From Candidatus Eiseniibacteriota bacterium (GTDB taxonomy: Bacteria > Eisenbacteria > RBG-16-71-46 > CAVPCR01): a stretch of 64,000 nucleotides of DNA. Under the pieces are notes generated by a model, which had not been told where the DNA came from, did not search any database, and saw nothing but the letters and a program-made list of their open reading frames with translations. The translations under genes and the position numbers were made by a program. This document shows, piece by piece, positions 41,205 through 50,143 of this stretch. The stretch spans positions 672,001 to 736,000 of the forward strand of contig CAWGMA010000001.1 in NCBI GenBank assembly GCA_963823555.1. Direction: 5' to 3'. Numbering within the stretch: the first letter of the stretch is position 1; the number at the start of each line of letters is the position of its first letter.

Positions 41205-43022
41205 ATGCGGCGCGAGAAGAGACTCAGGCGAGCGATGACGGCGGCGGGGATCGCCCTGGTCGCGGCCGGCCTCGTCTGTGCCGCCACGGCCGCGGCGATT
41301 CCTCTCACGGCTGCGATGGCGCCGGACTCGCTGGTGGCAGGCGGGGCTCCCGTGGTCGGAGTCGAGTTCAGCGGTACCGATGTGCGCTCGCCCGGTGCGC
41401 TCGAGAGGGCGGTGGCGCGGGCGCTCACCGCCGAGACCGGTTCGCCGGCCTTCGAGCGCCCATGGCGGGGGCGCACGTTCCAGAGCGCGCTCGCGGCGGT
41501 GCTGTCGAGCTACCGCGAGGTCGGCCACCTGAGCGCCGCCGTGATGGCGGCCGAGGCCGAGCCCACGGCCGGCGGCGTCAGCCTTCATTTTCACATCGAC
41601 GAGGGTGATCCGGTCCTGCTCGGCGACGTCGACATCGTCGGCAATGAACTACATGATGACGCAGAAATTCGCGCGATGCTCGGGCTCAGCGAGGGTCAGC
41701 CATTCCGGCCGGCCGAGTTCGAGGCGGGCCTGGAGCACCTTCTCGGTCGCTACGAGAACGAGGGCCGGCCGTACGCCGCCATCGAGCCCCGCGACCTGTC
41801 CTGGGACGAGGTGGTCCGCTTCACCTTGGCCGTGAACGAAGGCCCCCCGGTGGCGATCGATGGCATCCGGATCTCCGGGAACCGGGTCACGCGGCCGAAG
41901 GTCGTCGAGCGCATCGCCCGGCTCGAGCCGGGCGATGCGTTCTCCCAGACGGAACTCGAGCGGGCCGAGGCCCGGCTCCGGCGTTCGGGATTGTTCTCCC
42001 AGGTCGAGCCCATCGCTCTGGCGCAGGGTGCCGATCGGACGCGCAACGAGGTCCTGATCCGTGTCCGTGAAGGGCGCACGAACACGGTGTCCGGGGCCCT
42101 CGGCTACGCGGGAGCGGAGGCGGGGTTCACGGGGCTCTTCGATCTCTCCCTCGGCAACATCGCCGGGACCGGACGTCGCGGCAGCGCCCACTGGGAGGGG
42201 CGCGGCAACGATGTCGAGCTCTATCGATTCAGCTACGACGAGCCCTGGGTTTTCGGTTCCCCGGTCAGCGCTCGCTTCAAGCTGGCGCGGACCATCCAAG
42301 GGCCGCTCTACACGCAGTCCCAGGTCAGCGTGGGTGGGGCCTTGGCGATCGCCGCCGATTTCTCCGCCGAGGCCGGCTGGGAACGACAGTCGACCATCGA
42401 GTCCACCGTCGTGGGGCGGCGTGCCAAGCGCGATGCCCTGCTCGTCGGCGGCAGCTGGGACGTGCGCGACTCGAGTCTCAATCCCAGGCGCGGCATGCGG
42501 ATCCGGAGCGATCTCACCCTGGGGCGGAAGGAGTTCGTTCCCGCTCCCGAAGCCGAGGCCCTGCACTTCGGGTCCTGGGTCCTGAGCGTGGACATCGAAC
42601 GCGCCCAGGGGCTCGGGCGTAGCTGGGTGAGCTTCGTTCGGGCGCGCGGCGTGGGGATCAAGACCGATGAGGAGATCGTGCCGTTCTACGAGCTGTTCCC
42701 GCTCGGGGGTGCAACGAGTCTCCGCGGCTATCGCGAGGAGCAGTTCCGTGGTGCCCACGTCGAGCTCCTGCAGTTCGAGCAGCGCTATCTGCTCGGCACG
42801 GATGGATCGCGGCTCGTGGGGTTCGTCGACATCGGCCACATCTCGACCCGCGGCACGGTCCTCGCGTCGCCTGGTGAGCCGGACCAGTTCTTCAAGCTGG
42901 GCTATGGGGTGGGAATCCGCCTCGGCACGCGCCTCGGCCTGGTCGGCCTGGATTACGCGCTCGGCGAAGGCGACGGCCCGCTCGATGGGAAGCTGCATGT
43001 GGCCGTTGATTCGGCGTTCTGA
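41205..43022 (+). CDS. Omp85 (BamA/TamA) family protein with POTRA domains
   Basis: I.EG...I.GN POTRA repeats, N..GTGR, LGG..SLRGY, GYGVGIR, C-terminal Phe. Confidence 0.88.
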   Translation: MRREKRLRRAMTAAGIALVAAGLVCAATAAAIPLTAAMAPDSLVAGGAPVVGVEFSGTDVRSPGALERAVARALTAETGSPAFERPWRGRTFQSALAAVLSSYREVGHLSAAVMAAEAEPTAGGVSLHFHIDEGDPVLLGDVDIVGNELHDDAEIRAMLGLSEGQPFRPAEFEAGLEHLLGRYENEGRPYAAIEPRDLSWDEVVRFTLAVNEGPPVAIDGIRISGNRVTRPKVVERIARLEPGDAFSQTELERAEARLRRSGLFSQVEPIALAQGADRTRNEVLIRVREGRTNTVSGALGYAGAEAGFTGLFDLSLGNIAGTGRRGSAHWEGRGNDVELYRFSYDEPWVFGSPVSARFKLARTIQGPLYTQSQVSVGGALAIAADFSAEAGWERQSTIESTVVGRRAKRDALLVGGSWDVRDSSLNPRRGMRIRSDLTLGRKEFVPAPEAEALHFGSWVLSVDIERAQGLGRSWVSFVRARGVGIKTDEEIVPFYELFPLGGATSLRGYREEQFRGAHVELLQFEQRYLLGTDGSRLVGFVDIGHISTRGTVLASPGEPDQFFKLGYGVGIRLGTRLGLVGLDYALGEGDGPLDGKLHVAVDSAF

Positions 43023-43134
43023 CGGTGGACGGGCGCACGCGCCTCGCTTAGGATCGCAGGCTTCACCGAGTGCCCACCGGGGGCGGGCGATGGTCGTCCG
43101 CGCTCGCCCGGTGTATCCGTACCGCGGAGGTCTG

Positions 43135-43995
43135 ATGCCAGCGACCGCCGGCAAGCGACCGATCAGAATCGCTCACAGCCCCGATCCCGATGATGCGTTC
43201 ATGTTCTACGCGCTCGCCGCAGGCGCCATTCCGACCGGATCCTACGAGTTCAAGCACGAGCTCTCGGATATCGAGACCCTGAATCAGCGGGCGCTGGCCG
43301 GCGAGCTGGAGCTGACTGCGGTTTCCTATGCGGCTTATCCCTTCCTTGCCGACCGCTATCAGCTCCTGTCGTGCGGGTCGAGCGTGGGCGACGGCTATGG
43401 TCCAATCCTCGTCGCGCGCCGGCCCGGCGTGCCGCTTCAAGGCTCGACGATCGCCATCCCGGGCGAGCGAACAACGGCCGTCCTGGCTCTTCGCCTCCAT
43501 GCGCGAGCCGTGGCACCCGGGGCCGAGCTGGCTCTCCAGGTCGTGCCCTTCGATGAAATCCCGGACGCGGTCCAGAGCGGAGCGGCCGACCTGGGGCTCC
43601 TGATCCATGAAGGTCAGCTCACTTACACCGATCAGGGACTGGAAGCCGTCGTCGATCTCGGCGCGTGGTGGAAGGAGGAGACGGGGTTGCCGCTTCCCCT
43701 CGGCGGCAATGCGGTGCGGCGTGATCTGGGCCCCCGGGTGATCGCGGACCTTGCCGTCCTCCTCAAGGCCTCCATCGAGCACGGGCTCGCGCACCGTGCG
43801 ACGGCGCTCGACCATGCCGCGCGTTACGGGCGCGGCCTGAACGAGTCGCGCACCGATCGCTTCGTCGGTATGTACGTCAACGACTGGACTCTCGATCTCG
43901 GCGAGCGTGGGCGCGAGGCGGTCCGCGAGCTCCTCAGCCGCGGGCAGGATGCAGGCTTCCTTCCACCCTGCGGACCGATCGACTTCGCGGGCTGA
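43135..43995 (+). CDS. mqnD: 1,4-dihydroxy-6-naphthoate synthase (futalosine pathway)
   Basis: AHSPDPDDAFMFY, DIETLN, GYGP, IHEGQLTY, LPLPLG, MYVN; SD GGAGG. Confidence 0.92.
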   Translation: MPATAGKRPIRIAHSPDPDDAFMFYALAAGAIPTGSYEFKHELSDIETLNQRALAGELELTAVSYAAYPFLADRYQLLSCGSSVGDGYGPILVARRPGVPLQGSTIAIPGERTTAVLALRLHARAVAPGAELALQVVPFDEIPDAVQSGAADLGLLIHEGQLTYTDQGLEAVVDLGAWWKEETGLPLPLGGNAVRRDLGPRVIADLAVLLKASIEHGLAHRATALDHAARYGRGLNESRTDRFVGMYVNDWTLDLGERGREAVRELLSRGQDAGFLPPCGPIDFAG

Positions 43996-44040
43996 GGTTC
44001 GGCGGGCGCCGCTCCGCTCGAGCTCGCCGGCGCGAATCCG

Positions 44041-44748
44041 TTACCGATAGTAAGAGTCGATGATGCTGAAGATGAAGTCGTAGGTGGTGCGGACGGCATT
44101 GATCTCGAGCGCCAGTCGCATCGTGAACGACTTGCCGCGGATCTGTTCCGGTGGGCCGGCATCCGGCGGGACGACCGGGAACACCGGGGCGCTGCCCAGG
44201 TTGCGGATCGTCTGCGCCAGCGTGGGGTCGAGGAGCAGCACGCGCCCGCTGAAGATGTCATCCGCCCTGAGCTCGGTCGGGGTCAGGATGTTTCGTGCCG
44301 CCATCTCCAGGGTTGCCGTCGGCGGAACGAGCTTGTAGCGCCGTCCCAGGATGTCGACGAGCTCGGACTCATTCCAGTGGATCTTGATCGGGATCTGCCG
44401 GCGGGCCTGGACCTTCATGGACAGGTAATCCTTGTACGGGCGGACGTAGATGAAGACCAGGTCGTCGTTGAACGCGAAGTCACTGTTGGCCGGTGAGTCC
44501 ATCGTGAAGCGATAGAGCAGCTCGCGGGTGGTGCCGGGCTGCGCTTCCGGCGCCGTCCCCGGGGGCGGCGTCGCGCCGGGGGGTGGGGGCGTTGCGGGTG
44601 GGGGCGTTGCCGGCGGGGGTGCCGCGGTCGTCTGGCCCGGGGGCGGGCTCGAGCTGCAGGCGAGGATGAGGGTCGCCAGGACGAGGATGGGGGCGGCAAG
44701 CCGGACCGCCGGGCTAGAGAAACTGCGGCGCGGATGCATTCCGTTCAT
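44041..44748 (-). CDS. Hypothetical lipoprotein with Pro-rich linker
   Basis: SD GAGGAG, lipobox ILAC, PPPAT repeats (C-terminal part of ORF 44041..46215). Confidence 0.75.
   Translation of the reverse strand: MNGMHPRRSFSSPAVRLAAPILVLATLILACSSSPPPGQTTAAPPPATPPPATPPPPGATPPPGTAPEAQPGTTRELLYRFTMDSPANSDFAFNDDLVFIYVRPYKDYLSMKVQARRQIPIKIHWNESELVDILGRRYKLVPPTATLEMAARNILTPTELRADDIFSGRVLLLDPTLAQTIRNLGSAPVFPVVPPDAGPPEQIRGKSFTMRLALEINAVRTTYDFIFSIIDSYYR
44581..44610. repeat. Exact 15-bp tandem repeat x2 encoding ATPPP linker
   Basis: gggtgggggcgttgc twice. Confidence 0.8.
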
Positions 44749-44973
44749 GGCATCTCCTCGATTCCGGATTCGGTTCCGGTCTGGGCCACGTGGGTCACCG
44801 GCAGCGGTGGGAAGATGTCGTTCGGGTGGTCTGGCCTCCGGCGCGGAATCTTCGGCCGTGTCGCGGAACGCGTCAAGGAGTTTCCGGGCGCATGTCGGCG
44901 CCCCCTCTTTCCTGCTTGACCGCGCTCGAGGCATGGTCGAGCTTCTCGCCGGACCCGACCAGCGGAGGAGAAG

Positions 44974-46059
44974 ATGGTGGATCAGCACCTCCATGCCGTG
45001 ATCATGGCCGGTGGGCGCGGAACTCGGTTCTGGCCGCTGTCGACCACGAGGCGGCCCAAGCAGCTCCTGCCCATCGTGAGCGAGCGGACCATGATCCAGG
45101 AGACCTGGGAGCGCATCGCTCCACTCGTTCCCCGCGAGCGCACCTGGGTCGTGACCGGCCGCGAGCAGGCGGCCGAGGTGGCGCGTCAGCTCTCCTTCCT
45201 GCCGGAAGACCAGCTCCTGGTCGAGCCGGTTGGCCGCAACACGGCCCCCGCGATCGGGCTCGCGGCCGCGCATCTTCTCCGTCGCGATCCGGATGCGGTG
45301 ATGGTGGTGCTCCCGGCGGATCATGCCATCGGCAAGGTCGAGACCTTCCGCGCGGCGATTGCCGCCGCGGCGCAGGCTGCCAGTGAGCGTTCGATGCTGG
45401 TCACCCTTGGGATCACGCCGACCCGCCCGGAAACCGGATACGGATACATCGAAAGGGCCGACGCCAGCGCCGAATTCGCCGGGCTCACGTTCTATGACGT
45501 CTCCGCCTTCCGGGAGAAACCGGACCGCGAAACCGCCGAGCGCTACGTCGCCGGGGGGGGGCACGCCTGGAACGCCGGCGTATTCATCTGGCAGGCCGCC
45601 ACGATTCGAGACGAGATGGCCACCCATCTCCCGGCCCTCGCTCGCGAACTCTCCGCGCCGGCGCTCCTGGCCGGCGGCTCCGAGGCCGCATCGGCTCTGG
45701 CTCTGGCATATGATCGGATCGGTGCGATCTCGATCGACCATGGTGTCCTCGAGCACTCGCGCCGGATCTGGATGCTCCCGGTCGATTGCGACTGGAATGA
45801 TGTCGGCAGCTGGACTGCTCTCTATGACATCAGGACCAAGGACGAGAACGGCAATGTGATCATCGGCAACGCAGTCCTCGCCGACACCCGCAACGCCCTC
45901 GTCCACGCCGGCGGTCCGCTCGTTGCCCTGGTCGGCATCGAGGACGTGGTCGTGATCTCGACCCCGGATGCCGTGCTGGTCTGCCGGCGTGACCAGGCAC
46001 AGGAGGTGCGCCGTATCGTCGAAGAGCTGGAACGCCGCGGACGAAAAGACCTGCTCTAG
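44974..46059 (+). CDS. manC: Mannose-1-phosphate guanylyltransferase
   Basis: MAGGRGTRFWPLS...PKQ, EPVGRNTAPA, PETGYGYI, FREKP, WNDVGSW. Confidence 0.93.
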   Translation: MVDQHLHAVIMAGGRGTRFWPLSTTRRPKQLLPIVSERTMIQETWERIAPLVPRERTWVVTGREQAAEVARQLSFLPEDQLLVEPVGRNTAPAIGLAAAHLLRRDPDAVMVVLPADHAIGKVETFRAAIAAAAQAASERSMLVTLGITPTRPETGYGYIERADASAEFAGLTFYDVSAFREKPDRETAERYVAGGGHAWNAGVFIWQAATIRDEMATHLPALARELSAPALLAGGSEAASALALAYDRIGAISIDHGVLEHSRRIWMLPVDCDWNDVGSWTALYDIRTKDENGNVIIGNAVLADTRNALVHAGGPLVALVGIEDVVVISTPDAVLVCRRDQAQEVRRIVEELERRGRKDLL

Positions 46060-46111
46060 TTGCCGCTTCCCCGGGCGTTTCACGCGGCGACGGCCTTCCG
46101 CTACCAGCTGG

Positions 46112-46447
46112 CTAGCCGCTGGCGAGGGCTTCCTTCGGTGTGGGGAAGATGTCGAAGATGCGATCGAGCTGGGCCTGGGCGAAGATGGCGTGGATGTCCG
46201 GAGAGAGACCAGCAACTCGGATCCGCCCCCCGCTGCGCGCGGCGACCCGCACTCCCGAGAGCAGCGCCGCCAGGCCGTTGGGATCGACGAATCGCACCAT
46301 GGCGAAATCCACGATCACGATCGAGGGTCTCCTCTCGAGGAGGCGCATGAGCTCGATCTTCAAGGCGGGGGAGTTCTTGTAGTCGAGGCGGCTCGCCTCC
46401 ATGCGAATGACAAAGGCTCCGTTGTGCGTGGTCACCGTGTAGCTCAT
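46112..46447 (-). CDS. STAS-domain (anti-anti-sigma-like) protein
   Basis: RLD...P.LK, IVIVDF..VRFVD..GL..L, LDRIFDIF....EA. Confidence 0.82.
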   Translation of the reverse strand: MSYTVTTHNGAFVIRMEASRLDYKNSPALKIELMRLLERRPSIVIVDFAMVRFVDPNGLAALLSGVRVAARSGGRIRVAGLSPDIHAIFAQAQLDRIFDIFPTPKEALASG

Positions 46448-46573
46448 CGACCCTCCGCCGGCGTACCGGCTTGTGTCTCATCCTGATGCGGATCTGCTTC
46501 AGGTGTCCATGCTCTTATCGGTGGTCGCCGTCGGATCCTGACCTCTCGAGTGGTCCCTCGCCTCTCAAGATGA

Positions 46574-46607
46574 GAAGCGGCGGTCCCCCGAAGGGAACCG
46601 CCGCTTC
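46574..46607 (-). terminator. Hairpin downstream of the fibre gene
   Basis: gaagcggcggt...accgccgcttc stem with weak U-tract on minus strand. Confidence 0.6.
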
Positions 46608-46660
46608 GTGAGCGCCCGGCGCGGCCCGCTCCAGGCGCTGCGGCCAGACCTCCTGGTCGT

Positions 46661-48604
46661 CTAGCGCGCTGCGAGTTCGGCCGGGTCGCCGGCCGCATCG
46701 GCCGCGGCGTGCTCGGCGCCCGCTTCAGCTCGGTTCTCGGCCGCCGCCACGCTGCGCTCGGCCGGGAGACCGAAGGCCTCGGGGTGGAGGTAGAAGCCGA
46801 TCAGGTGCTCCGGCTTCTGCTCCTCGACCTGGACCCGGTTGGCCATGGCATAGGCATCGCGGCGGATGCCGGTCACCTGCCACGACACCTTGAGGCCGGG
46901 CGCGCCGCCCGCGATCGTGAACGTGTTGTTCTCGAGCTCGCTGGCGACGTAGACCGGGGCCGCCCCGCCGATGCACGTGAGCTGGTAACGATAGTCGTCG
47001 TTGAGCGACTCGAACCAGTCGGGCAACTTCACCACCACTTCACCCTGTGCATTGCAGACCGAGTTCCCGTTGTAGATGTTCATCATGTCCGGGCTCTCGA
47101 CGAAGGAGTGGCTCAGGTACTTGCTCTCCGGATCGAGGGGGTGGTCGATCTTGAAGGTGCCGCTGCCCTTGGTCAGGTTGCCAGTCACCTGGACGTTGCC
47201 GTTGAAGCGGGCATGGAGGCCGCCGCCGTTGCGCAAGGTCTCGATGACCGGGCTCGTGTTGCCGGCGTTGTTGATCTGGAAGAGCCCGGCCTGGCCGGCG
47301 CCCGTGGTGAGGGCGTAGATCGAAGCGTTGGGATTGCTGGCGGCGTTCGTGATGGCGAAGGAGCCGGCGCTGCCGTCACCCACCGTCTTGTTGACGGTGA
47401 GCGCATTGTTGTTGCTGTTGTTGTCCTCGATCTTGACCAGCGTCTCGGTGCTGAAGGCATCGCGCAAGACATGGAGCCGCGCGGCCGGGGTGGTGGTGCC
47501 CACTCCGACGTTGCCCGTCTTGTCGATCCGCATCCGCTCGGCGATGCCGGTCCCGTTGTTGGTCGAGAATCGGAGGTACCCGGTCTGTCCCGACGCATCG
47601 TTCATGCCGGCGCCGATCCGGCCCATCGCGAAGTCGGTTCCACCCCCCTCGTCCTCATCGAAGTTGCGGAGATCGACATAGGCCGCATCGGTTGCAGTGG
47701 CCGTGCTGCGCGAGCCGCGGATCGCGATCGCGCCATCGGCGCCGGAGGTCGCGCTGTGCTGGGCGCTGATGATGGGATTGGTGTTCGAGACCACATCGAG
47801 GCGCGAGGTCGGCGTCGTGGTGCCGATCCCGACGCGGCCCCACGGCTGCGGATCGGCCGGGGTGGCCCCCTTCAGGTAGAGCACGTTCGACAGACCCCGC
47901 AGGCTGAAGCCCATGTCGGGATTGCCGCTGTTGCGGTAATCGAGCTGGATCGAGCCGAGCGTCGTCTGCCCGCTCGAGCCCTGGGTGAACACGATTCCGT
48001 CGTAGTTGGGCTGCTGGATCGAGCCGACGTTGCGCAGCTCCAGCTGATGATTCTGGGCCTGGCTGTCGCGGGAGATGGTGAGGTGCGAGGTCGGGTTGCT
48101 GGTGCCGACTCCGATGTTGCCGAGCAGGCGATAGACGTTGTTGCCGCTCGTCTGCCACACGCTGTCGCCACCCCCCCCACCGGTGAGGGCCGAGTCGGCC
48201 ACCGCAGCGTGCATCGCATAGGGAACGCTCAGGAACTGGCGCCGGGGGGTGAGCGCCGTGTTGTCGACCACGGTCTCGAGCCAGCGCGGGCCGCCCGCGA
48301 AAAGATCGGGCGTGAGCGCCGTGACCGATCCCAGCATCACGTTGAAGACCCCGTTGATCGGGGTCACGTTGCCCTGATCCTCGGTCCATAGCGGAGTGCC
48401 GCCGTTGTCGGTGTCGTAGATCTTGAACATGAGCGCGACGGGTGTTGTCACCGGGATCCCGCCGTCATCGGTCAGGTACCCTTGGTAGTGAACCATGTTG
48501 GGACCTGCGGCCAGTGCCGCCGTCGGGGGGATGAAGACAGCGAGGGCGAGTAGAGCCAGCGCCAGTCGCTGCGACTCGAGAACCTTCTTGGTTACCGGGA
48601 GCAT
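46661..48604 (-). CDS. Secreted fibre/adhesin-like protein with GxVGIGTxxP repeats and chaperone-like C-terminus
   Basis: Signal peptide; YQGYLTD, SVPYAMHA, 3x G(N/R)(I/V)G(V/I)GT..P, FKIDHPLDP..KYLSHSFVESP; SD AGGAGG. Confidence 0.75.
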   Translation of the reverse strand: MLPVTKKVLESQRLALALLALAVFIPPTAALAAGPNMVHYQGYLTDDGGIPVTTPVALMFKIYDTDNGGTPLWTEDQGNVTPINGVFNVMLGSVTALTPDLFAGGPRWLETVVDNTALTPRRQFLSVPYAMHAAVADSALTGGGGGDSVWQTSGNNVYRLLGNIGVGTSNPTSHLTISRDSQAQNHQLELRNVGSIQQPNYDGIVFTQGSSGQTTLGSIQLDYRNSGNPDMGFSLRGLSNVLYLKGATPADPQPWGRVGIGTTTPTSRLDVVSNTNPIISAQHSATSGADGAIAIRGSRSTATATDAAYVDLRNFDEDEGGGTDFAMGRIGAGMNDASGQTGYLRFSTNNGTGIAERMRIDKTGNVGVGTTTPAARLHVLRDAFSTETLVKIEDNNSNNNALTVNKTVGDGSAGSFAITNAASNPNASIYALTTGAGQAGLFQINNAGNTSPVIETLRNGGGLHARFNGNVQVTGNLTKGSGTFKIDHPLDPESKYLSHSFVESPDMMNIYNGNSVCNAQGEVVVKLPDWFESLNDDYRYQLTCIGGAAPVYVASELENNTFTIAGGAPGLKVSWQVTGIRRDAYAMANRVQVEEQKPEHLIGFYLHPEAFGLPAERSVAAAENRAEAGAEHAAADAAGDPAELAAR

Positions 48605-48618
48605 GGATGTTCCTCCTG

Positions 48619-49176
48619 TTACTTCGTCACGACGACGCGAATGGTCCGGGAATAGTCGCCGGCGGTCAGGCGAGCGAGATAGACGCCGCTGGCAACGCGC
48701 TGCCTCATGGTGTTGGTGCCGTTCCACGACACCTCGTAGAAGCCGGGGGCGAGCGAGCCATCGACGAGTACGGCGATGCGGCGTCCTGAGACATCGAAGA
48801 TCTCGAGCCGCGCATCCCTGGTCTCGCTCTCCGCTCCTGCGATCTGGAAGCGGAACTGGGTCATGGGATTGAACGGATTGGGGAAGTTCTGATCGAGCTG
48901 TGTCGCGAGCGGGACCGGGCTCGATCCGTTCTCGCCGTTGATGGCGGTCGTCGTGCCCGGCTGCTGCAGCCAGAATCCGGTTTCTTCCCGGTAGTCCGGG
49001 TTCGAACCGCCGCCGACCACCGGCAATCCGACGGTGACGCCCAGCCGGAGTCCCGCCCCGGTCGCGAAACCGGCGACGGACGGGATGGCATCCGTGGCCA
49101 AGCGGTAGGCCCCGGCTGCGCTGGGCAGAGCGGCCACCAGTCCGACCAGCAGCCATCCGCGGAACCTGATGCTCAT
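48619..49176 (-). CDS. Small secreted protein with FlgD/T9SS-type C-terminal sorting domain
   Basis: Signal peptide; LDQNFPNPFNP.T, IFDVSGR, WNG....VASGVYLARL; SD AGGAGG. Confidence 0.85.
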   Translation of the reverse strand: MSIRFRGWLLVGLVAALPSAAGAYRLATDAIPSVAGFATGAGLRLGVTVGLPVVGGGSNPDYREETGFWLQQPGTTTAINGENGSSPVPLATQLDQNFPNPFNPMTQFRFQIAGAESETRDARLEIFDVSGRRIAVLVDGSLAPGFYEVSWNGTNTMRQRVASGVYLARLTAGDYSRTIRVVVTK

Positions 49177-49298
49177 GTGCACCTCCTGTCCAAGGTCCGG
49201 CCCGGCGAGAGCTCGCCGGGTTTGTATCTTCCTTGCTGTATCTATCGGAAACGCGTGACGAAACGGATCACGGGCGCTGCATCATTCAGGCAATTCCA

Positions 49299-49327
49299 TT
49301 GACGACAATGGATTAGGAATGTAGAAT
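49299..49327 (+). promoter_or_regulatory. Sigma70-like promoter of the ECF sigma gene
   Basis: TTGACG-17 nt-TAGAAT in an AT-rich gap. Confidence 0.6.
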
Positions 49328-49410
49328 GCTGTTTCTTGAGTTCTTCCTGATGAAGCCGCCCAGGGATCGCCTGTCGGATCGGAAAGGCAAGCCCCCGGAC
49401 CCGCTCGTTC

Positions 49411-50016
49411 ATGACTCCTGACCTTCGCTTGACCGCGCTCCTCCAGGCCGCTCGTGACGGCGATCGCGCCGCCCGTGACGACCTGATGCCGCTCGTCTAC
49501 GACGAGCTCCGCCGCATCGCGCGCCAGCGGCTGGCTGGCTTCCGTCCCGGATCCGTTCTCAGCACGACCTCGCTCGTGCACGAGGCCTACGTCAAGCTGG
49601 TCGAGCCCACCAAGGTGGGCTGGCAAGATCGGGCTCACTTCTTTGCGCTGGCATCGCGGGCGATGCGCTTCATCCTGGTCGACTACGCGCGGGCCCGGGC
49701 CGCGCAGAAGCGCGGCGGGGGAAAGGGCGAGCTGCCGCTCGAGGAGATCCAGATCGAAGCCGGCGCCGGCGGGGTGAGCGAGAGCGAACGCGCGTTCGAG
49801 CTCCTGACACTCAATCGCGCTCTCGACGACCTCCTGGGCTTCAGCTCACGCCTGGCCGAGATCGTCGAGTACCGGTTCTTCGGCGGGCTCACCTTCGAGG
49901 AGATCGCCGAGACGACGGGACGCTCGGTGCCCACCGTGAAGCGCGACTGGCAGCGGGCGCGAGCCTGGCTCTACCGGGCCATGGCCCAGGAGGGGGAGGT
50001 CACGGCCGAGAGCTAG
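49411..50016 (+). CDS. ECF sigma factor of the kinase-associated type (ECF43/TIGR02999-like)
   Basis: LVYDELRRIA, TTSLVHEAY, HFFA.A..AMR.ILVDYAR, KRGGG, TVKRDW..ARAWL. Confidence 0.9.
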   Translation: MTPDLRLTALLQAARDGDRAARDDLMPLVYDELRRIARQRLAGFRPGSVLSTTSLVHEAYVKLVEPTKVGWQDRAHFFALASRAMRFILVDYARARAAQKRGGGKGELPLEEIQIEAGAGGVSESERAFELLTLNRALDDLLGFSSRLAEIVEYRFFGGLTFEEIAETTGRSVPTVKRDWQRARAWLYRAMAQEGEVTAES

Positions 50017-50143
50017 CCGCAATCGGATACCAGGATGGGATTCCCCGAAAGGGCCCGCGATACGGGCCTCGTTGTTTTTCCGATAGAGAAGTCAAGCGGT
50101 CGAAGACAGGGGTCGAACTCAGGGAGGGGTGTCGAGCTCAATC

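Noticed and set aside
44749..46215. N-terminal 489 aa of ORF 44041..46215
   Set aside because: Antisense to manC; SD and lipoprotein signal place the start at 44748
46661..48604. Prophage tail gene / prophage region
   Set aside because: Has a Sec signal peptide; no integrase, terminase, capsid or other phage genes nearby
48605..49156. Apparent fusion/extension of the fibre ORF to 49156
   Set aside because: Overlaps the CTD gene in another frame; SD and signal peptide support start 48604
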